The notes below the pieces were generated by a model that did no database searches, had not been told where the DNA came from, and saw only the letters and a list, made by a program, of their open reading frames with translations. DNA of 64,000 nucleotides from Schmidtea nova (taxonomy: Eukaryota), in the NCBI GenBank assembly GCA_044892505.1, contig CM097882.1, positions 422,716,001 through 422,780,000 of the forward strand, read 5' to 3'. The translations under genes and the position numbers were made by a program. Shown here piece by piece: positions 62,691 through 64,000 of this stretch (position 1 is the stretch's first letter; every line of letters starts with the position of its first letter).

Positions 62691-64000
62691 GTTACAAGAA
62701 TTTATTCAAATATATAACAAATATAAATTACCTGAACAAAATATTGTTGGGCATAAACAAAAAATTGTTTAAATGAAGCGGTAACACAGCACGTAGAGAG
62801 CGCGCAAGAAGTTAATTTAAAATTCTTTGAGCCAAAACAAGTAAAACATAATGATCACAAAACACCGAAATAATTAAATAAAACACGTTTAAAAATCAAA
62901 ATGAACAAAAGCGCATTAAGTATACACGTGAAAAACACATTTATAACATAAAAACATCAATTATAAAAATTAATATATTTTCAGAAGAAAGATTTCAATT
63001 TTATCCTAAAAATTCGTAAAAACATAAAAGAAAATTGTTTAAGTTAAAAATGTAACAAATTAAACTAAATTAGAAAAAACTTTAATTCAGAAGTAAAATT
63101 TTGGTTTGAAAATAAATTATTTAAAGTTTAATTAAAATTTTATGCAAAAATATTAATTTGATTTTGCGTAAAATTATTAATTTTAATTTTGAAAGAATTG
63201 AAAATTCCTTCTGGAACAATTTTTTTACTGCATCAATGAGCAAAACACACAAAAAGTCATATAAATACCGCCATCCAAATGGAATTCATTCAGAATTTAC
63301 CGGAATTTTTTTGCCAAAATATTTGAACTGTTTTTACCAAGAAAATGTTAAAAGAGATTCTCTTATCGCCGACCGGTGTACAGTGATAACTCAATAGAAC
63401 TCTGTCCAAAAATATAACGAGAAGAAAATTACTTGCAGCGGTTGTTGTCTTCAGAGAGTCGTTGATCGAATCGCTTTGTAAGAAATTTAATTTTGTTTTC
63501 GAATTATAAAGGCCCGCGAGATCATGCCCTCGTTATCCGGCCTTAGGTATTTTGATTTATTTTAACCTTCATCTATGTATTAGCAATGTATTATCATATG
63601 ATCTACTATGTTATATATTCTTTTATGTAAATTATAATTTTTCTAGTCAAATTCTTATTTTAATTTGTCACATTTTCTCGCAATACTAATACGAACCATT
63701 GATATTTATTTATATGCATATCTATATTTTTTTTATTAAAACCACTTTCATACCTTCTGAAGTCAGTCCGGCCCTGTGCTGTACTGATAGAAGTAGCCTA
63801 GGTGGATCGCTGTTCGGTTAGTTACTGGCCAACCCATATTTCAGCTGTAGGTAAGGCCCACACATCCATGATCACTTCATGCCATATTGGGGAACAGTGG
63901 CTTGGCCAAGGGCAAGGATTTTTCAAATTAATTTAACATCTAGAATCATATTACATTTTTATATGGCATTCAACGACGCCAATGAATATTTTATTTATAA

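Overview
AT-rich eukaryotic (metazoan) genomic DNA with many N gaps, almost entirely a nested transposon and endogenous-virus graveyard. A planarian-like flatworm host is inferred, not proven, from the two-repeat DM9 gene architecture, ~50-nt introns and AT-richness. Only one host gene looks intact: a spliced DM9-repeat gene at 60906-61494. A class A GPCR relic lies at 10731-11371. Mobile DNA with verifiable ends: three hAT elements (34516-36310 TSD CTAAGAAG; 36548-39741 TSD AGCGTGAT; 50154-53224 in (TA)n), a Tc1/mariner-like TIR element nested in the first, a 2.6-kb internally deleted Maverick/Polinton (43260-45868, TSD AACATA), two solo LTRs with 4-bp TSDs, and an 82-bp piggyBac MITE. Decayed elements include piggyBac and Tigger transposases, a Penelope-like element (RT + GIY-YIG), a split gypsy element, and scattered Maverick genes (pPolB, integrase, PLA2 domain, major capsid, packaging ATPase). 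Two signals stand out. (1) An uninterrupted, helicase-less CRESS-virus/replitron-like HUH Rep ORF (3275-3967, minus) directly beside a 3.4-kb 19-bp tandem array. (2) A dispersed ~145-nt repeat carrying a minimal type I hammerhead-ribozyme motif with a compensatory U3-A8 core (four forward copies, one inverted degenerate copy). All protein family calls are by-eye motif recognition; no searches were run. Coordinates of decayed relics are approximate.
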